Positions 27,228-37,990 of a DNA stretch of 64,000 bases are shown here, in pieces; the first letter of the stretch is position 1; every line of letters begins with the position of its first letter. The DNA is taken from NCBI GenBank assembly GCA_001771065.1, contig MESQ01000034.1, positions 7,990 through 71,989 of the forward strand, written 5' to 3'. The DNA is from Burkholderiales bacterium RIFOXYD12_FULL_59_19. GTDB lineage: Bacteria > Pseudomonadota > Gammaproteobacteria > Burkholderiales > Burkholderiaceae_C. The position numbers and the translations under genes were made by a program. Under the pieces are notes generated by a model. The model did no database searches. It saw only the letters and a list, made by a program, of their open reading frames with translations, and was not told where the DNA came from.

Positions 27228-27994
27228 GTGTTGGAGCATACTGCAGCTGACTCACCCGCCATGCGGGCCAGATCGGCCGGGCTCAGCCAACGCCATTGAC
27301 CCGGCGCCAGATCATCGGGCAAACACAGCCCGCCGATTTGCGAGCGGTGCAGCGCCTCGACCCGATTGCTCACGGCAGCCACCATGCGTTTGACCTGGTG
27401 GTATTTGCCCTCGGTCAGCGTCAGCCGCAAGTGGAATTCAGACACCGCTTCGCAGGCGGCGGCACGCACCGTCTTGGGGTCATCGTCAAGCACCACGCCG
27501 GCCAGCAACTGACTTACCTGGCGCGTCTCGAGCGGATGCTTGACCATGACCTCATAGACCTTGGGTACATGGTGACGTGGTGAACTCATGCGATGGATGA
27601 ACTTGCCGTCGTCGGTGAGCAACAACAGGCCGGTGGTGTCCTGGTCCAGCCTACCGACGGCCTGTACCCCCTGCACCGCGCCTTTTTGCGGCCGCAGGCG
27701 CAGCGCCGACGGCAGCAAGGTGTAGATACTGGGGTAGGTGGACGGCTTTTGCGAACACTCGGTGGCCGTCGGCTTATTGAGCATGATGTAGGCCTTTTCG
27801 GCATACGACCAGTCCACGCCCTGCACCTGAAAGCGCAGGCCTTCGGCAGCAAATTCAGCCCCTGCCTGAAGGCACCTGACAGGGATCACTGACTGACTTG
27901 ATTCATAGACCTGAACCAAACCCTGCTGAATCAAACCGGCACAAACACGCCGGGTACCAAAACCCTGGGAATAAAGAATGTCTTGAAGTTGCAT
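27224..27994 (-). CDS. rsuA: RsuA-family pseudouridine synthase
   Basis: S4-like N-terminus, GRLDQDTTGLLLLTDDG, EGKYHQVKRM and LHRSQIG motifs. Confidence 0.85.
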   Translation of the reverse strand: MQLQDILYSQGFGTRRVCAGLIQQGLVQVYESSQSVIPVRCLQAGAEFAAEGLRFQVQGVDWSYAEKAYIMLNKPTATECSQKPSTYPSIYTLLPSALRLRPQKGAVQGVQAVGRLDQDTTGLLLLTDDGKFIHRMSSPRHHVPKVYEVMVKHPLETRQVSQLLAGVVLDDDPKTVRAAACEAVSEFHLRLTLTEGKYHQVKRMVAAVSNRVEALHRSQIGGLCLPDDLAPGQWRWLSPADLARMAGESAAVCSNT

Positions 27995-28072
27995 ACACCG
28001 AGTATCGCAAAGCGCGATACATGTGTGTCATGCACGCTGCGCTACAACCACATGGCATCAAGCCAAGTCTGT

Positions 28073-29257
28073 TCAAGCTGCGATCAGTTGCGCCGCTTCG
28101 CGCGCTGCCACCACGCCTTCGTCGGTGGGTACGACCCACACTTCGACGGCGCTGCCTAGCGCATGGATGGCCATGATCTGGTCACCGGTGGCTTGCAGGT
28201 TAAGAACCGGATCGATCACCACCCCCAACCAAGCCAGCCGCTGGCCGAGCTCAAGGCGCAGCGCCACGTCATGTTCACCGATACCACCACTGAAGGCCAG
28301 CACATCCAGCCCCTGCATGCAGGCGACAAGGGCTCCACTTTCGCGCAGCACCCGGTGGGTAAACATGTCCACCGCCAATTTGGCGCTGGCTGAGCTGTCA
28401 GCGCGCAGGCGACGCATGTCGGCCGAGATGCCCGACACCCCCAACAGGCCGCTTTGCTTGTAAAGCAAGGCTTGCAATCGGTCATGGTCCCAGCCTTGGG
28501 CCAGTAAATAAAGCAGGACACCGGGATCGAGCGCGCCGGAGCGGGTGCCCATCATCAAGCCGTCAAGGGCGGAAAAACCCATGGTGGTAGCGCAACTCTT
28601 GCCCTCGCGCGCAGCACACAGGCTGGCGCCGTTACCCAGGTGGGCCATTAACACGCGGCCGTTGGCTCGGCTGCTTTGCGCCAGCAACACGCCCATCACA
28701 TACTGGTACGACAGACCATGAAAGCCGTAACGGCGCAGCCCCTCTTGGTACAGCGCCTCAGGCAAGGCAAAGCGGTAGTCCAGTTCGGACAGGCTGGCAT
28801 GAAACGCTGTGTCAAAACACGCCACTTGCGGTACGTCAGGAAACGCCTTGGCAAAGGCCCTGATGCCAGCCAGGTTATGCGGTTGGTGCAGCGGCGCCAG
28901 GGCGTTGAGCCGGGTCAGGTCGGCCAGCACCGCATCAGTGACCAATACACTGGCACGGTATTGCGCGCCACCATGCACCACCCGGTGCACCACCGCTTGC
29001 AAGGCCGGTGTGTCCGGCAAACCCGCAAGCAGGTCGCGCAAACTCAGAAGGGCTTGGGCAAAGACCTGGTCGGTGCCCAAATCCAGCGCACGACGGTGGC
29101 TCTGCCCTTGAAAATTCCAGCGCATTTCAGGTGTGCCACCCGGCTCAAGACCTTCAATGTTGCCCGAGAGTATCTGAGGCGTCACCTGATACTGTGCCAG
29201 CGGATAAAGCGAAAACTTCAGGCTCGATGAGCCCGCATTGACCGACAAAATAGACAT
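28073..29257 (-). CDS. ackA: Acetate/propionate kinase
   Basis: NAGSSSLK, HRVVHGG, APLHQP, FDTAFH, YGFHGLSY and HLGNGAS motifs. Confidence 0.95.
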   Translation of the reverse strand: MSILSVNAGSSSLKFSLYPLAQYQVTPQILSGNIEGLEPGGTPEMRWNFQGQSHRRALDLGTDQVFAQALLSLRDLLAGLPDTPALQAVVHRVVHGGAQYRASVLVTDAVLADLTRLNALAPLHQPHNLAGIRAFAKAFPDVPQVACFDTAFHASLSELDYRFALPEALYQEGLRRYGFHGLSYQYVMGVLLAQSSRANGRVLMAHLGNGASLCAAREGKSCATTMGFSALDGLMMGTRSGALDPGVLLYLLAQGWDHDRLQALLYKQSGLLGVSGISADMRRLRADSSASAKLAVDMFTHRVLRESGALVACMQGLDVLAFSGGIGEHDVALRLELGQRLAWLGVVIDPVLNLQATGDQIMAIHALGSAVEVWVVPTDEGVVAAREAAQLIAA

Positions 29258-29267
29258 GGTTGCGCCC

Positions 29268-30689
29268 TTACCAAACGGGGCGTGGATGGTCGCGACGCGC
29301 GTTGTGCGCCATCAGCAAGGCAAGCAGCGCAGAAGCTACCCGATTCGACGGCCCGTCCGCCCGGCTCGTCAGCGCAATCGGCACGCGGGCGCCGAGCACG
29401 ATGCCGGAGCCGCTGGCACCGGCCAGGTATTCCAGCTGCTTGGCCAGCATGTTGCCACTCTCCAGGTCTGGCACCGCCAGAATATCGGCCTGGCCAGCTA
29501 CCGCCGATTCAATCTTCTTGATTTGCGCCGCGTGCAGCGAGATGGCATTGTCAAAAGCCAGCGGCCCGTCAAGCACGCCACCGGTGATCTGGCCGCGCTC
29601 GGCCATTTTGCACAGGGCAGCGGCATCCAGAGTGGATGGAATGTTGGAGTTCACCATTTCCACTGCCGACAAAATGGCAACTTTGGGCTGTGCCACGCCC
29701 AGCACGCGCGCAAAGTCAATGGCGTTCTGAATAATGTCCACTTTCTCCTTCAGGGTGGGATGGATGTTGAGCGCTGCATCAGTGATCAGCAACGGCTTGT
29801 GGTACAGCGGCACATCAAAACGAAACACATGCGACATACGCCGACCCGTTCGCAAGGCCGGCTTGGCCAGCACCGCGTGAATCAGTTCGTCGGTATGCAA
29901 ACTGCCTTTCATGAGCATCTCGACCTCCCAGGCGGCCGCCATTTCAGAGGCTTTTTCAGCCGCCGCATGGCTGTGCGGCACCGACAAAATCTCAACCCCG
30001 GTCAGATCAATACCAGCTTCAGTGGCCACATGGCGGATACGCATCTCGGGACCAATCAGTACCGGCACAATCAGTCCATAGCGGGCTGCGTCCATGGCGC
30101 CGCTGAGCGAGCTCTCGTCACAAGGGTGCACCACGGCACAGCGCACCGCTTCTAGGGTGTGCCCCAATGCCAGCAAGTCATTAAAACGTGCCAGGGGGTC
30201 AAACAACTGGATACGTGGCGCCGCAACACGCGGCAAACGCACCTTGTTGGTGGGTGCCAGCACCTTGGCGACCCCGCTCAAGACCAGCTCACCGCGCTGG
30301 TTAAAAACCCGACAGTCAAGCTCCACACTCTTGTTTTCCGGATTAAGCACCGTCACGGTCACGGTCACGGTCAGCGTATCGCCAACACGAACAGGTTTGA
30401 CAAAATGCAGCGCCTGGTCCCGGTAAATGGTTCCCGGACCAGGAAACTGGGTACCCAACAAAGCAGAAATCAGCGCGCCGCTCCACATGCCGTGGGCAAT
30501 CACACCGTGGAACAGGCTGTCACTGGCATAGACAGAGTCGAGGTGCGCCGGATTGGTATCGCCCGATACGGCAGCAAAAGCCTGAATGTCGTCAAGTGTC
30601 AAGGTACGCAACAAGCGGGCGCTTTGGCCGAGTTTGATCTCGGAAAAAGTATAGTTTTCGACGAGTTCGGTATCCGAAGGCAAGTTCAT
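29268..30689 (-). CDS. Bifunctional MaoC-like (R)-enoyl-CoA hydratase / phosphate acyltransferase
   Basis: N-terminal SGD.NPAH..AHGM..PGPG MaoC motifs. C-terminal MKGSL, ITDAA, DGPLAFDNAI, GN.LAK and SRAD motifs. Confidence 0.9.
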   Translation of the reverse strand: MNLPSDTELVENYTFSEIKLGQSARLLRTLTLDDIQAFAAVSGDTNPAHLDSVYASDSLFHGVIAHGMWSGALISALLGTQFPGPGTIYRDQALHFVKPVRVGDTLTVTVTVTVLNPENKSVELDCRVFNQRGELVLSGVAKVLAPTNKVRLPRVAAPRIQLFDPLARFNDLLALGHTLEAVRCAVVHPCDESSLSGAMDAARYGLIVPVLIGPEMRIRHVATEAGIDLTGVEILSVPHSHAAAEKASEMAAAWEVEMLMKGSLHTDELIHAVLAKPALRTGRRMSHVFRFDVPLYHKPLLITDAALNIHPTLKEKVDIIQNAIDFARVLGVAQPKVAILSAVEMVNSNIPSTLDAAALCKMAERGQITGGVLDGPLAFDNAISLHAAQIKKIESAVAGQADILAVPDLESGNMLAKQLEYLAGASGSGIVLGARVPIALTSRADGPSNRVASALLALLMAHNARRDHPRPVW

Positions 30690-30724
30690 ATCAGTTCCAA
30701 AATATTAAGAACACAGCGCACAAC

Positions 30725-31132
30725 TTAGTTCCCATTAAAAAAATCATCCAGACTCAAACCATCAGCACCTGGCTTGAATCCCCGGCGCAGCAAATGCTCT
30801 TCCGCTTGAACCAGTGCCTGATGTGTCACAGTCAAGCCGTTGTCATTCAGGCTGGTCGTCTCCATGTGATAGCGCAATATCAACAAACCACGCAATTCTT
30901 CACGCAGATGACCCTGGCGGCGATCAAAGCCAGTGCTGACCTGAGCCAGGTCGATCATGGTGGTGCGACGTTCATTCACAACAGGCGACACCGGGTGCTT
31001 CGACATCAGAGCACTCAGCGCAAAACGGTCGTTCAAGGGAACATGCAGCGCCGAGGCCAGTCGGGCAATGCGAACATTAAGTATCTCGAGAGAGGCACTC
31101 ACGCGTTGGATCAACTCGTTATTGTTTTGCAT
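30725..31132 (-). CDS. Hypothetical protein, 135 aa
   Basis: ORF co-oriented with the MaoC-pta/ackA operon, with a GGATGAG RBS-like sequence upstream. Confidence 0.65.
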   Translation of the reverse strand: MQNNNELIQRVSASLEILNVRIARLASALHVPLNDRFALSALMSKHPVSPVVNERRTTMIDLAQVSTGFDRRQGHLREELRGLLILRYHMETTSLNDNGLTVTHQALVQAEEHLLRRGFKPGADGLSLDDFFNGN

Positions 31133-31290
31133 CGCTCATCCTCGTCTTGCCAGCATTGGAGATAGTCACCATAGAAATCGCTCATACCATTTTAGGGTAA
31201 ACCCTAGTATTTTAAATAATCAAACTGAACCGCTTTTTCCCTCTTGATCCCGAAAAATCAAAACAAGTGACTTGGCTGCGCACAGACAAC

Positions 31291-31318
31291 AAAAAACCCG
31301 CCGAAGCGGGTCTTTTTG
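31291..31318 (-). terminator. Terminator downstream of ompA
   Basis: AAAAAACCCGCCGAAGCGGGTCTTTTT hairpin. Confidence 0.7.
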
Positions 31319-31348
31319 TTGTGCTTAAAGCGCTAGGACATGAACCAA

Positions 31349-31999
31349 TTACTTGGCGCGTGTACCCACCACTTCGACTTCCACACGGCGGTTCTTGGAA
31401 CGGCCTTCTTTGGTCTTGTTGTCAGCCACGGGTTGCGCTTCGCCTTTACCTTCGGTGTAAATACGGTTCTTTTCAATGCCCTTGGACACCAAGTAAGCCT
31501 TGACGGCTTCAGAACGACGAACCGACAGTTTCTGGTTGTAACCATCTGGGCCGGTGGCATCGGTGTGACCGACTGCAATCACCACTTCGAGGTTGATGCC
31601 CTTGACCTTGGCGACCAGATCGTCAAGTTTGGCTTTGCCTTCAGGCTTAAGTACAGATTTGTCGAAGTCAAAGAACGCATCAGCTGCGTAAGTGACTTTG
31701 GCAGCAGCCACAGGGACTGGCACGGGCACAGGTGCAGGAGCTGGTGCAGGTTTGGCAACCGGTGCAGGTGCAGGAGCTGGTGCGGGAGCTGGTGCCACCG
31801 CTTTAGGTGCCACGATGGCGCCATCACAACCCACAGCAGCAGTGGCTGGGGTCCAGGAACCATCACGCCAGCAGAGTTCATTGGTGCCGTTTTTCCAGAC
31901 AGTGCCATCGGTACTGCGCCAGTTATCAACGGACTGGGCACTGGCTGCGGTTGCAAGTGCCACGGTAGCGATCAGCAAAGCCACTTTGTTCAATTTCAT
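31349..31999 (-). CDS. ompA: OmpA-family protein with Pro/Ala-rich linker
   Basis: Signal peptide, VWKNG..ELCWRD, (PA)n linker, FDFDKS, GHTD..G...YNQKLS.RR and NRRVE motifs. Confidence 0.92.
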   Translation of the reverse strand: MKLNKVALLIATVALATAASAQSVDNWRSTDGTVWKNGTNELCWRDGSWTPATAAVGCDGAIVAPKAVAPAPAPAPAPAPVAKPAPAPAPVPVPVPVAAAKVTYAADAFFDFDKSVLKPEGKAKLDDLVAKVKGINLEVVIAVGHTDATGPDGYNQKLSVRRSEAVKAYLVSKGIEKNRIYTEGKGEAQPVADNKTKEGRSKNRRVEVEVVGTRAK

Positions 32000-32248
32000 C
32001 AGGGTTCTCCTTAAGGGAAAAATCCGCAGCAAAGCTGCGTCGGTATACGGACACCCAAGATGCCTATCAAGTTGGGCGTTGAGGTCATTGTGCCACAGCA
32101 TGATTTCCACACCATGCGCAAAATCAACGCATTCTGACTTTAACAGTGCGTTCAAAGACAATTTCGGGTAGGCGTTGCAGGCTAGCCACAGACGCACAGC
32201 TTAAAATCAGCCGCTAACTTAGATCTTGCCTAGCCTCAAGTCCACCTC

Positions 32249-34882
32249 ATGACCCAGTTCGCCAAAGAAACCTTGCCCACCAGCCTTGCTGACGAAATGC
32301 GCCGCAGCTACCTAGATTACGCCATGAGCGTGATCGTGGGACGGGCTCTGCCTGATGCGCGCGATGGCTTGAAACCGGTGCACCGGCGTGTGCTGTTTGC
32401 GATGCACGAACTTAACAACGACTGGAACAAGGCCTACAAGAAATCGGCCCGTATCGTCGGTGACGTCATTGGTAAGTACCACCCACATGGTGACCAGTCG
32501 GTCTACGACACCATCGTGCGCATGGCACAAGATTTTTCCATGCGCCACATGCTGGTCGACGGCCAGGGCAATTTCGGCTCGGTAGACGGTGACAGCGCTG
32601 CAGCCATGCGTTATACCGAAATCCGCCTGGCCAAAATCGCACATGAAATGCTGGCCGACCTGGACAAGGAAACGGTGGACTTCGGCCCCAACTACGATGG
32701 CTCTGAAAAAGAGCCGCTGGTGATGCCGTCACGCCTGCCGAATTTACTGGTCAACGGCTCGGGAGGCATTGCCGTGGGCATGGCCACCAACATTCCGCCG
32801 CACAACCTCAATGAAGTGGTCGATGCCTGTCTGCATCTGCTGCGCAACCCGGAAGCTTCCATCGACGAGCTGATGGAAATCATTCCGGCGCCGGATTTTC
32901 CCACCGCCGGCATCATTTACGGCATCAACGGCGTCAAGGATGGCTACCGCACCGGCCGCGGTCGTGTGGTCATGCGGGCCAAGTGCCACTTTGAAGACAT
33001 CGACAAGGGCCAGCGTCAGTCGATCATCGTCGACGAGTTGCCCTACCAGGTCAACAAAAAGACGCTGCAAGAACGTATGGCCGAACTGGTGCACGAAAAG
33101 AAAATCGAAGGCATCAGCCATATCCAGGACGAGTCTGACAAATCCGGCATGCGTTTGGTCATCGAACTCAAGCGCGGCGAGGTGCCCGAGGTGGTGCTGA
33201 ATAACCTGTACAAGCAAACGCAACTGCAGGACACCTTCGGCATGAACATGGTGGCCCTGATCAACGGCCAGCCCAAATTGTGCAACCTGAAAGACCTGAT
33301 CGAGGTCTTTTTACAGCACCGTCGGGAGGTGGTGACGCGGCGTACCGTGTTCAACCTGCGCAAGGCACGCGAGCGCGGCCACGTGCTCGAAGGCCTGGCC
33401 GTGGCACTGGCCAACATTGACGAATTCATCCGCATCATCCGCGAATCGCCCACGCCTCCGGTGGCCAAGGCTGAACTGATGACGCGCCTTTGGGACAGCA
33501 CCCTGGTGCGCGAAATGCTCACCCGCACACGTGCCGACGGCGGCGTGGTCAACGCCGACGACTACCGCCCCAACGGCCTTGAAATGCAATACGGCATGGG
33601 CAAGGACGGCCTGTACCGGCTGTCTGAAACCCAGACGCAAGAAATTCTGCAAATGCGTCTGCAGCGCCTGACCGGCCTGGAACAAGACAAGATCGTGGCC
33701 GAATACAAAGAGGTCATGGCCGAGATCGATGACCTGCTGGACATCCTGGCGCGGCCTGAGCGCGTCTCCATCATCATCGGCGAAGAGCTCACCGTCATCA
33801 AAACCGAGTTTGGCATGACCAAGCTGGGCGCTCGCCGCTCTCTGGTCGAGCACAGCTCATTCGACTTGTCCACCGAAGACCTGATCACCCCGACCGACAT
33901 GGTGGTCACGCTGAGCCACAGCGGCTACATCAAGAGCCAGCCTTTGAGCGAATACCGGGCGCAAAAGCGGGGCGGTCGCGGCAAACAGGCCACCGCCACC
34001 AAGGAAGATGACTGGGTCGATCAGCTGTTCATTGCCAACACACACGACTACATCCTGTGCTTCAGCAACCGTGGCCGCATGTACTGGCTCAAGGTATGGG
34101 AAGTACCACAAGGCTCGCGTGGCTCACGGGGTCGCCCCATCGTCAACATGTTCCCGCTGCAAGAAGGCGAAAAGGTCACCGTGGTGCTACCACTCACCGG
34201 CGAAAAACGCAGCTTTCCGGCTGACCAGTACGTTTTCATGGGCACCAGCATGGGGACGGTCAAGAAAACAGCACTGGTTGAATTTTCCAATCCGCGCAAG
34301 GCCGGCATCATTGCCGTTGATCTGGACGAAGACGACTTTTTGATTGGCGCAGCCCTGACCGATGGCCAGCATGACGTGATGCTGTTCTCTGACGGCGGCA
34401 AGGCAGTGCGCTTTGATGAAAACGATGTGCGCCCGATGGGCCGCCAGGCACGCGGTGTGCGTGGCATGATGCTCGAAGATGGCCAAAGCGTAATCGCCAT
34501 GCTGGTCGCAGAAGACGAAACTCAGAGTGTACTCACGGCCACCCAACATGGTTTCGGCAAGCGCACCAGCATTGCAGAGTACACCCGCCACGGCCGCGGC
34601 ACCAAGGGCATGATCGCCATTCAGCAGAGTGAGCGCAACGGCAAGGTGGTGGCTGCCACGCTGGTACATGCGGACGATGAAATCATGCTGATCACCGACA
34701 AGGGTGTGCTGGTGCGCACCCGGGTCTCTGAAATCCGCGAGTTGGGTCGCGCCACCCAGGGCGTGACGCTGATTGGCCTGGATGACGGCTCGCAGTTAAG
34801 CGGCCTGCAGCGCATTGTGGAAAACGATGCCATTCCACCAACCGAAGACACCACAGACGATGACAGCGATGCGACCGTATAA
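32249..34882 (+). CDS. gyrA: DNA gyrase subunit A
   Basis: [22 protein letters not shown] and the GyrA-box QKRGGRG. Confidence 0.98.
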   Translation: MTQFAKETLPTSLADEMRRSYLDYAMSVIVGRALPDARDGLKPVHRRVLFAMHELNNDWNKAYKKSARIVGDVIGKYHPHGDQSVYDTIVRMAQDFSMRHMLVDGQGNFGSVDGDSAAAMRYTEIRLAKIAHEMLADLDKETVDFGPNYDGSEKEPLVMPSRLPNLLVNGSGGIAVGMATNIPPHNLNEVVDACLHLLRNPEASIDELMEIIPAPDFPTAGIIYGINGVKDGYRTGRGRVVMRAKCHFEDIDKGQRQSIIVDELPYQVNKKTLQERMAELVHEKKIEGISHIQDESDKSGMRLVIELKRGEVPEVVLNNLYKQTQLQDTFGMNMVALINGQPKLCNLKDLIEVFLQHRREVVTRRTVFNLRKARERGHVLEGLAVALANIDEFIRIIRESPTPPVAKAELMTRLWDSTLVREMLTRTRADGGVVNADDYRPNGLEMQYGMGKDGLYRLSETQTQEILQMRLQRLTGLEQDKIVAEYKEVMAEIDDLLDILARPERVSIIIGEELTVIKTEFGMTKLGARRSLVEHSSFDLSTEDLITPTDMVVTLSHSGYIKSQPLSEYRAQKRGGRGKQATATKEDDWVDQLFIANTHDYILCFSNRGRMYWLKVWEVPQGSRGSRGRPIVNMFPLQEGEKVTVVLPLTGEKRSFPADQYVFMGTSMGTVKKTALVEFSNPRKAGIIAVDLDEDDFLIGAALTDGQHDVMLFSDGGKAVRFDENDVRPMGRQARGVRGMMLEDGQSVIAMLVAEDETQSVLTATQHGFGKRTSIAEYTRHGRGTKGMIAIQQSERNGKVVAATLVHADDEIMLITDKGVLVRTRVSEIRELGRATQGVTLIGLDDGSQLSGLQRIVENDAIPPTEDTTDDDSDATV

Positions 34883-35957
34883 CTTTTCCGCCGGCCCCGC
34901 CGTCATGCCCGACGCGGTGCTGGCTGAGGCCGCTGCCGAGATGCTCGATTGGCATGGCAGCGGCATGGGTGTGATGGAAATGAGCCACCGGGGCAAGGAA
35001 TTCGGCTTCATTCACGAACAAGCCCAGGCTGATCTGCGTGAGTTACTGGCGGTGCCCGCGCACTTCAAGCTGCTCTTCATGCAAGGCGGTGGACTGGCCG
35101 AAAACGCCATCGTGCCGCTGAACCTGTCAAAGGGGCAAACGGCTGACTTTGTGGTGACCGGCAGTTGGAGCCAAAAGTCCCTGGGGGAAGCACGCAGATA
35201 CTGCACGGCCCATGAGGCAGCCAACACCCAGGCCAATGGCCACACCACGCTGGTGGATCCTGGCCAATGGCAGCTCAGTGACAAGTCGGCCTATGTGCAT
35301 ATCTGCAGCAACGAAACCATCAACGGCGTTGAGTACCACACCCTGCCCGACCTCAAGGCCCTGGGTTGTGATGCCCCGCTGGTGGTGGACTTTTCCTCGC
35401 ATGTGGCCTCGCGCCCGGTGGATTGGTCGCGCGTCGGGCTGGCGTTTGGCGGCGCCCAGAAAAACCTGGGGCCGGCGGGTTTGACGCTGGTGGTGGTGCG
35501 CGAAGACCTGCTCGACCGCGCCCTGCCGATTTGCCCTAGCGCTTTCAACTACAGCACCGTGGCGGACAACGACTCGATGTTCAACACCCCGCCCACCTAT
35601 TCGATCTACATTGCCGGTCTGGTGTTCAAGTGGCTTAAAAGCCAGGGAGGTATTGCCGCAGTTGAAGCCCGCAACATGGCCAAGGCCGAACTGCTGTACG
35701 AAGCCATCGACAACTCCTGCCTGTACCTCAACCGGGTAGCCAAAGATTGCCGCTCGCGCATGAACGTGCCGTTTTACCTGCGTGATGAAAGCCTCAACGA
35801 CGCATTTCTCAGTGGTGCCCGCGAGCGTGGCCTGCTGCAACTCAAGGGCCATAAATCAGTGGGCGGCATGCGTGCCAGCATTTACAACGCCATGCCTTTG
35901 GAGGGCGTGCAGGCCCTGGTGAATTACCTGCGTGACTTCGAGGCCCAACCCGGCTGA
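34869..35957 (+). CDS. serC: Phosphoserine aminotransferase
   Basis: [20 protein letters not shown] and [12 protein letters not shown] motifs. Confidence 0.95.
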   Translation: MRPYNFSAGPAVMPDAVLAEAAAEMLDWHGSGMGVMEMSHRGKEFGFIHEQAQADLRELLAVPAHFKLLFMQGGGLAENAIVPLNLSKGQTADFVVTGSWSQKSLGEARRYCTAHEAANTQANGHTTLVDPGQWQLSDKSAYVHICSNETINGVEYHTLPDLKALGCDAPLVVDFSSHVASRPVDWSRVGLAFGGAQKNLGPAGLTLVVVREDLLDRALPICPSAFNYSTVADNDSMFNTPPTYSIYIAGLVFKWLKSQGGIAAVEARNMAKAELLYEAIDNSCLYLNRVAKDCRSRMNVPFYLRDESLNDAFLSGARERGLLQLKGHKSVGGMRASIYNAMPLEGVQALVNYLRDFEAQPG

Positions 35958-36017
35958 AACCATGGCTTGCCACGCTTACGTTCGTCATGACGACCACTCT
36001 TTCACTTGAACCGGCTT

Positions 36018-37100
36018 ATGGCACAAACTCTTCCCGAATTGCGCACCCAAATTGATGCCCTTGATCTGGAGCTGCTCACCCTGCTGAACCAGCGTGCTAG
36101 CCTGGCCCATGAGGTGGGCGAAATCAAGCGCCTGGACGGCTCGGCCGTGTTCCGCCCCGACCGTGAAGCGCAGGTCATTGCCAATTTGCAAGCACACAAT
36201 AGCGGTCCGCTCAAGGACCACAGCCTGAGTCTGATCTGGCGTGAAATCATGTCGGCCTGCCGTGTGCTCGAAGCACCGCAACGGGTGGCTTACCTGGGGC
36301 CGGCTGGTACCTTCAGCGAGCAGGCCGCCATTCAGTTTTTTGGCGGCAGCATGTCACGCGTGCTGTGCGTCAGCATTGACGAGGTGTTTCGCGCCACGGC
36401 AGCTGGCAGCGCCGAATTTGGTGTGGTGCCCATCGAGAACTCGTCTGAAGGCGTGATCTCGCGATCACTCGACCTGCTGCTCAACTCGCCGCTGCACATC
36501 ATTGGCGAAACCAGCTTTCTGGTGCGGCACAACTTGCTGCGCCTGGCGCCCTCGCTGCACGACATTGAGGCCGTTTACGCCCACCCGCAGGCGCTGGCGC
36601 AGTGCCAGGACTGGCTCACCACTCACCTGCCCCATGCCGAGCGACGCGCTGCTGCCAGCAACGCCGAGGGCGCCCGCCTGGCCGCCACCAACCCGGCCTG
36701 GGCCGCCATCGCCAGCGAGCGCGCCGGCAGTGAATTTGGTCTGCATATCGCCTCCTACGCGATCCAGGACGACGCCTTCAACCGCACCCGCTTTGCCATC
36801 ATTTGCCTGCCGCAAACGCTGGCAGCGCCGCAAGCCACGGGCAATGACTGCGTCAGCCTGATTGTCTCCGTGACGAACCGGCCGGGGGCAGTACATGACC
36901 TGTTGGTGCCACTGAAAAAACACGGTGTATCGATGACCCGTTTCGAGTCACGGCCAGCGCGCTCGGGCCAGTGGGAATACTACTTTTACATCGACCTGCA
37001 AGGCCACCCCAGCCAGCCCCATGTAGCCGCCGCGTTGGAGGAATTACACGGCCTGTGCGCGTTTTACAAAGTGCTGGGCACCTACCCCGTTAGCGAGTAA
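36018..37100 (+). CDS. pheA: Chorismate mutase / prephenate dehydratase
   Basis: N-terminal CM domain, YLGP.GTFS, VVPIENS, HPQALAQC, N.TRF and ACT-domain ESRP motifs. Confidence 0.95.
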   Translation: MAQTLPELRTQIDALDLELLTLLNQRASLAHEVGEIKRLDGSAVFRPDREAQVIANLQAHNSGPLKDHSLSLIWREIMSACRVLEAPQRVAYLGPAGTFSEQAAIQFFGGSMSRVLCVSIDEVFRATAAGSAEFGVVPIENSSEGVISRSLDLLLNSPLHIIGETSFLVRHNLLRLAPSLHDIEAVYAHPQALAQCQDWLTTHLPHAERRAAASNAEGARLAATNPAWAAIASERAGSEFGLHIASYAIQDDAFNRTRFAIICLPQTLAAPQATGNDCVSLIVSVTNRPGAVHDLLVPLKKHGVSMTRFESRPARSGQWEYYFYIDLQGHPSQPHVAAALEELHGLCAFYKVLGTYPVSE

Positions 37101-37102
37101 GC

Positions 37103-37990
37103 ATGTTTGAGCAACTCGGGTTGATCGGCTGCGGCCTGATGGGCGGCTCATTTGCGCTGGCGCTAAAACATGCCGGGCTGGTGAAACACGTGGTGGGTTA
37201 CAGCCCGTCGACCAACACTGTCCAGAAAGCCCTGCGACTCGGCGTCATCGACGCGGCGGCAGCCTCGGCTGAGCAGGCTGCAAGCGGGGCCGACATCGTG
37301 CTGGTGGCGGTACCGGTGTCCGCGACTGAAGCCACCCTGCAGTTGATTCAACCCGCAGTCACGCCGCAGATGCTGATCATGGACGTGGGTTCGACCAAGG
37401 CTGACGTGCTGGCGGCCGCGCAGCGTGTGCTGGGCGAGCAAGTCGGCTCATTTGTGCCAGCCCACCCCATTGCCGGCAAGGAAAAGGCCGGCGTAGAACA
37501 CGCCGATGCCAAGCTGTACCAGGGCTGCCAGGTGATTCTGACACCCACAACAGACACCCTCGACAAACAGCGTCAGCAAGCACTGGACGTCTGGCAGGCG
37601 CTGGGCTGCAACGTGGTACAGATGTCGCCCGAAGCCCATGACGCGGCCTTTGCGGCCGTCAGCCACCTCCCTCATCTGCTGGCGTTTGCCATGATGAACG
37701 CCGTGACGAGCCAGCCCCAAGGGCAGGAATTTTTGTCGCTGGCAGGCCCCGGCTTTCGCGACTTCACCCGCATTGCCGCCAGCGACCCCAAGGTGTGGCG
37801 TGACATTCTCTTATCCAACCGTCAGGAGTTGCTACTGCAAAGTCAACGCCTTCAAAGCCAATTGCAGGCGTTCGAGTCCCTGATGCTGCAGGGCGATGGT
37901 GCAGCGCTCGAAGCGCTGATTGCGCAGGCCAGCTCAGTGCGCAGCCAATGGCATCTCAAACAACATCACCACCCCAAACCTGCATGCTGA
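37103..37990 (+). CDS. tyrA: Prephenate/arogenate dehydrogenase
   Basis: [30 protein letters not shown] and GFRDFTRIA motifs. Confidence 0.92.
   Translation: MFEQLGLIGCGLMGGSFALALKHAGLVKHVVGYSPSTNTVQKALRLGVIDAAAASAEQAASGADIVLVAVPVSATEATLQLIQPAVTPQMLIMDVGSTKADVLAAAQRVLGEQVGSFVPAHPIAGKEKAGVEHADAKLYQGCQVILTPTTDTLDKQRQQALDVWQALGCNVVQMSPEAHDAAFAAVSHLPHLLAFAMMNAVTSQPQGQEFLSLAGPGFRDFTRIAASDPKVWRDILLSNRQELLLQSQRLQSQLQAFESLMLQGDGAALEALIAQASSVRSQWHLKQHHHPKPAC

Noticed and set aside
31713-31800. Tandem GCAGGAGCTGGT-like repeats
   Set aside because: They encode the ordinary Pro/Ala linker of OmpA. Not CRISPR or a mobile repeat.
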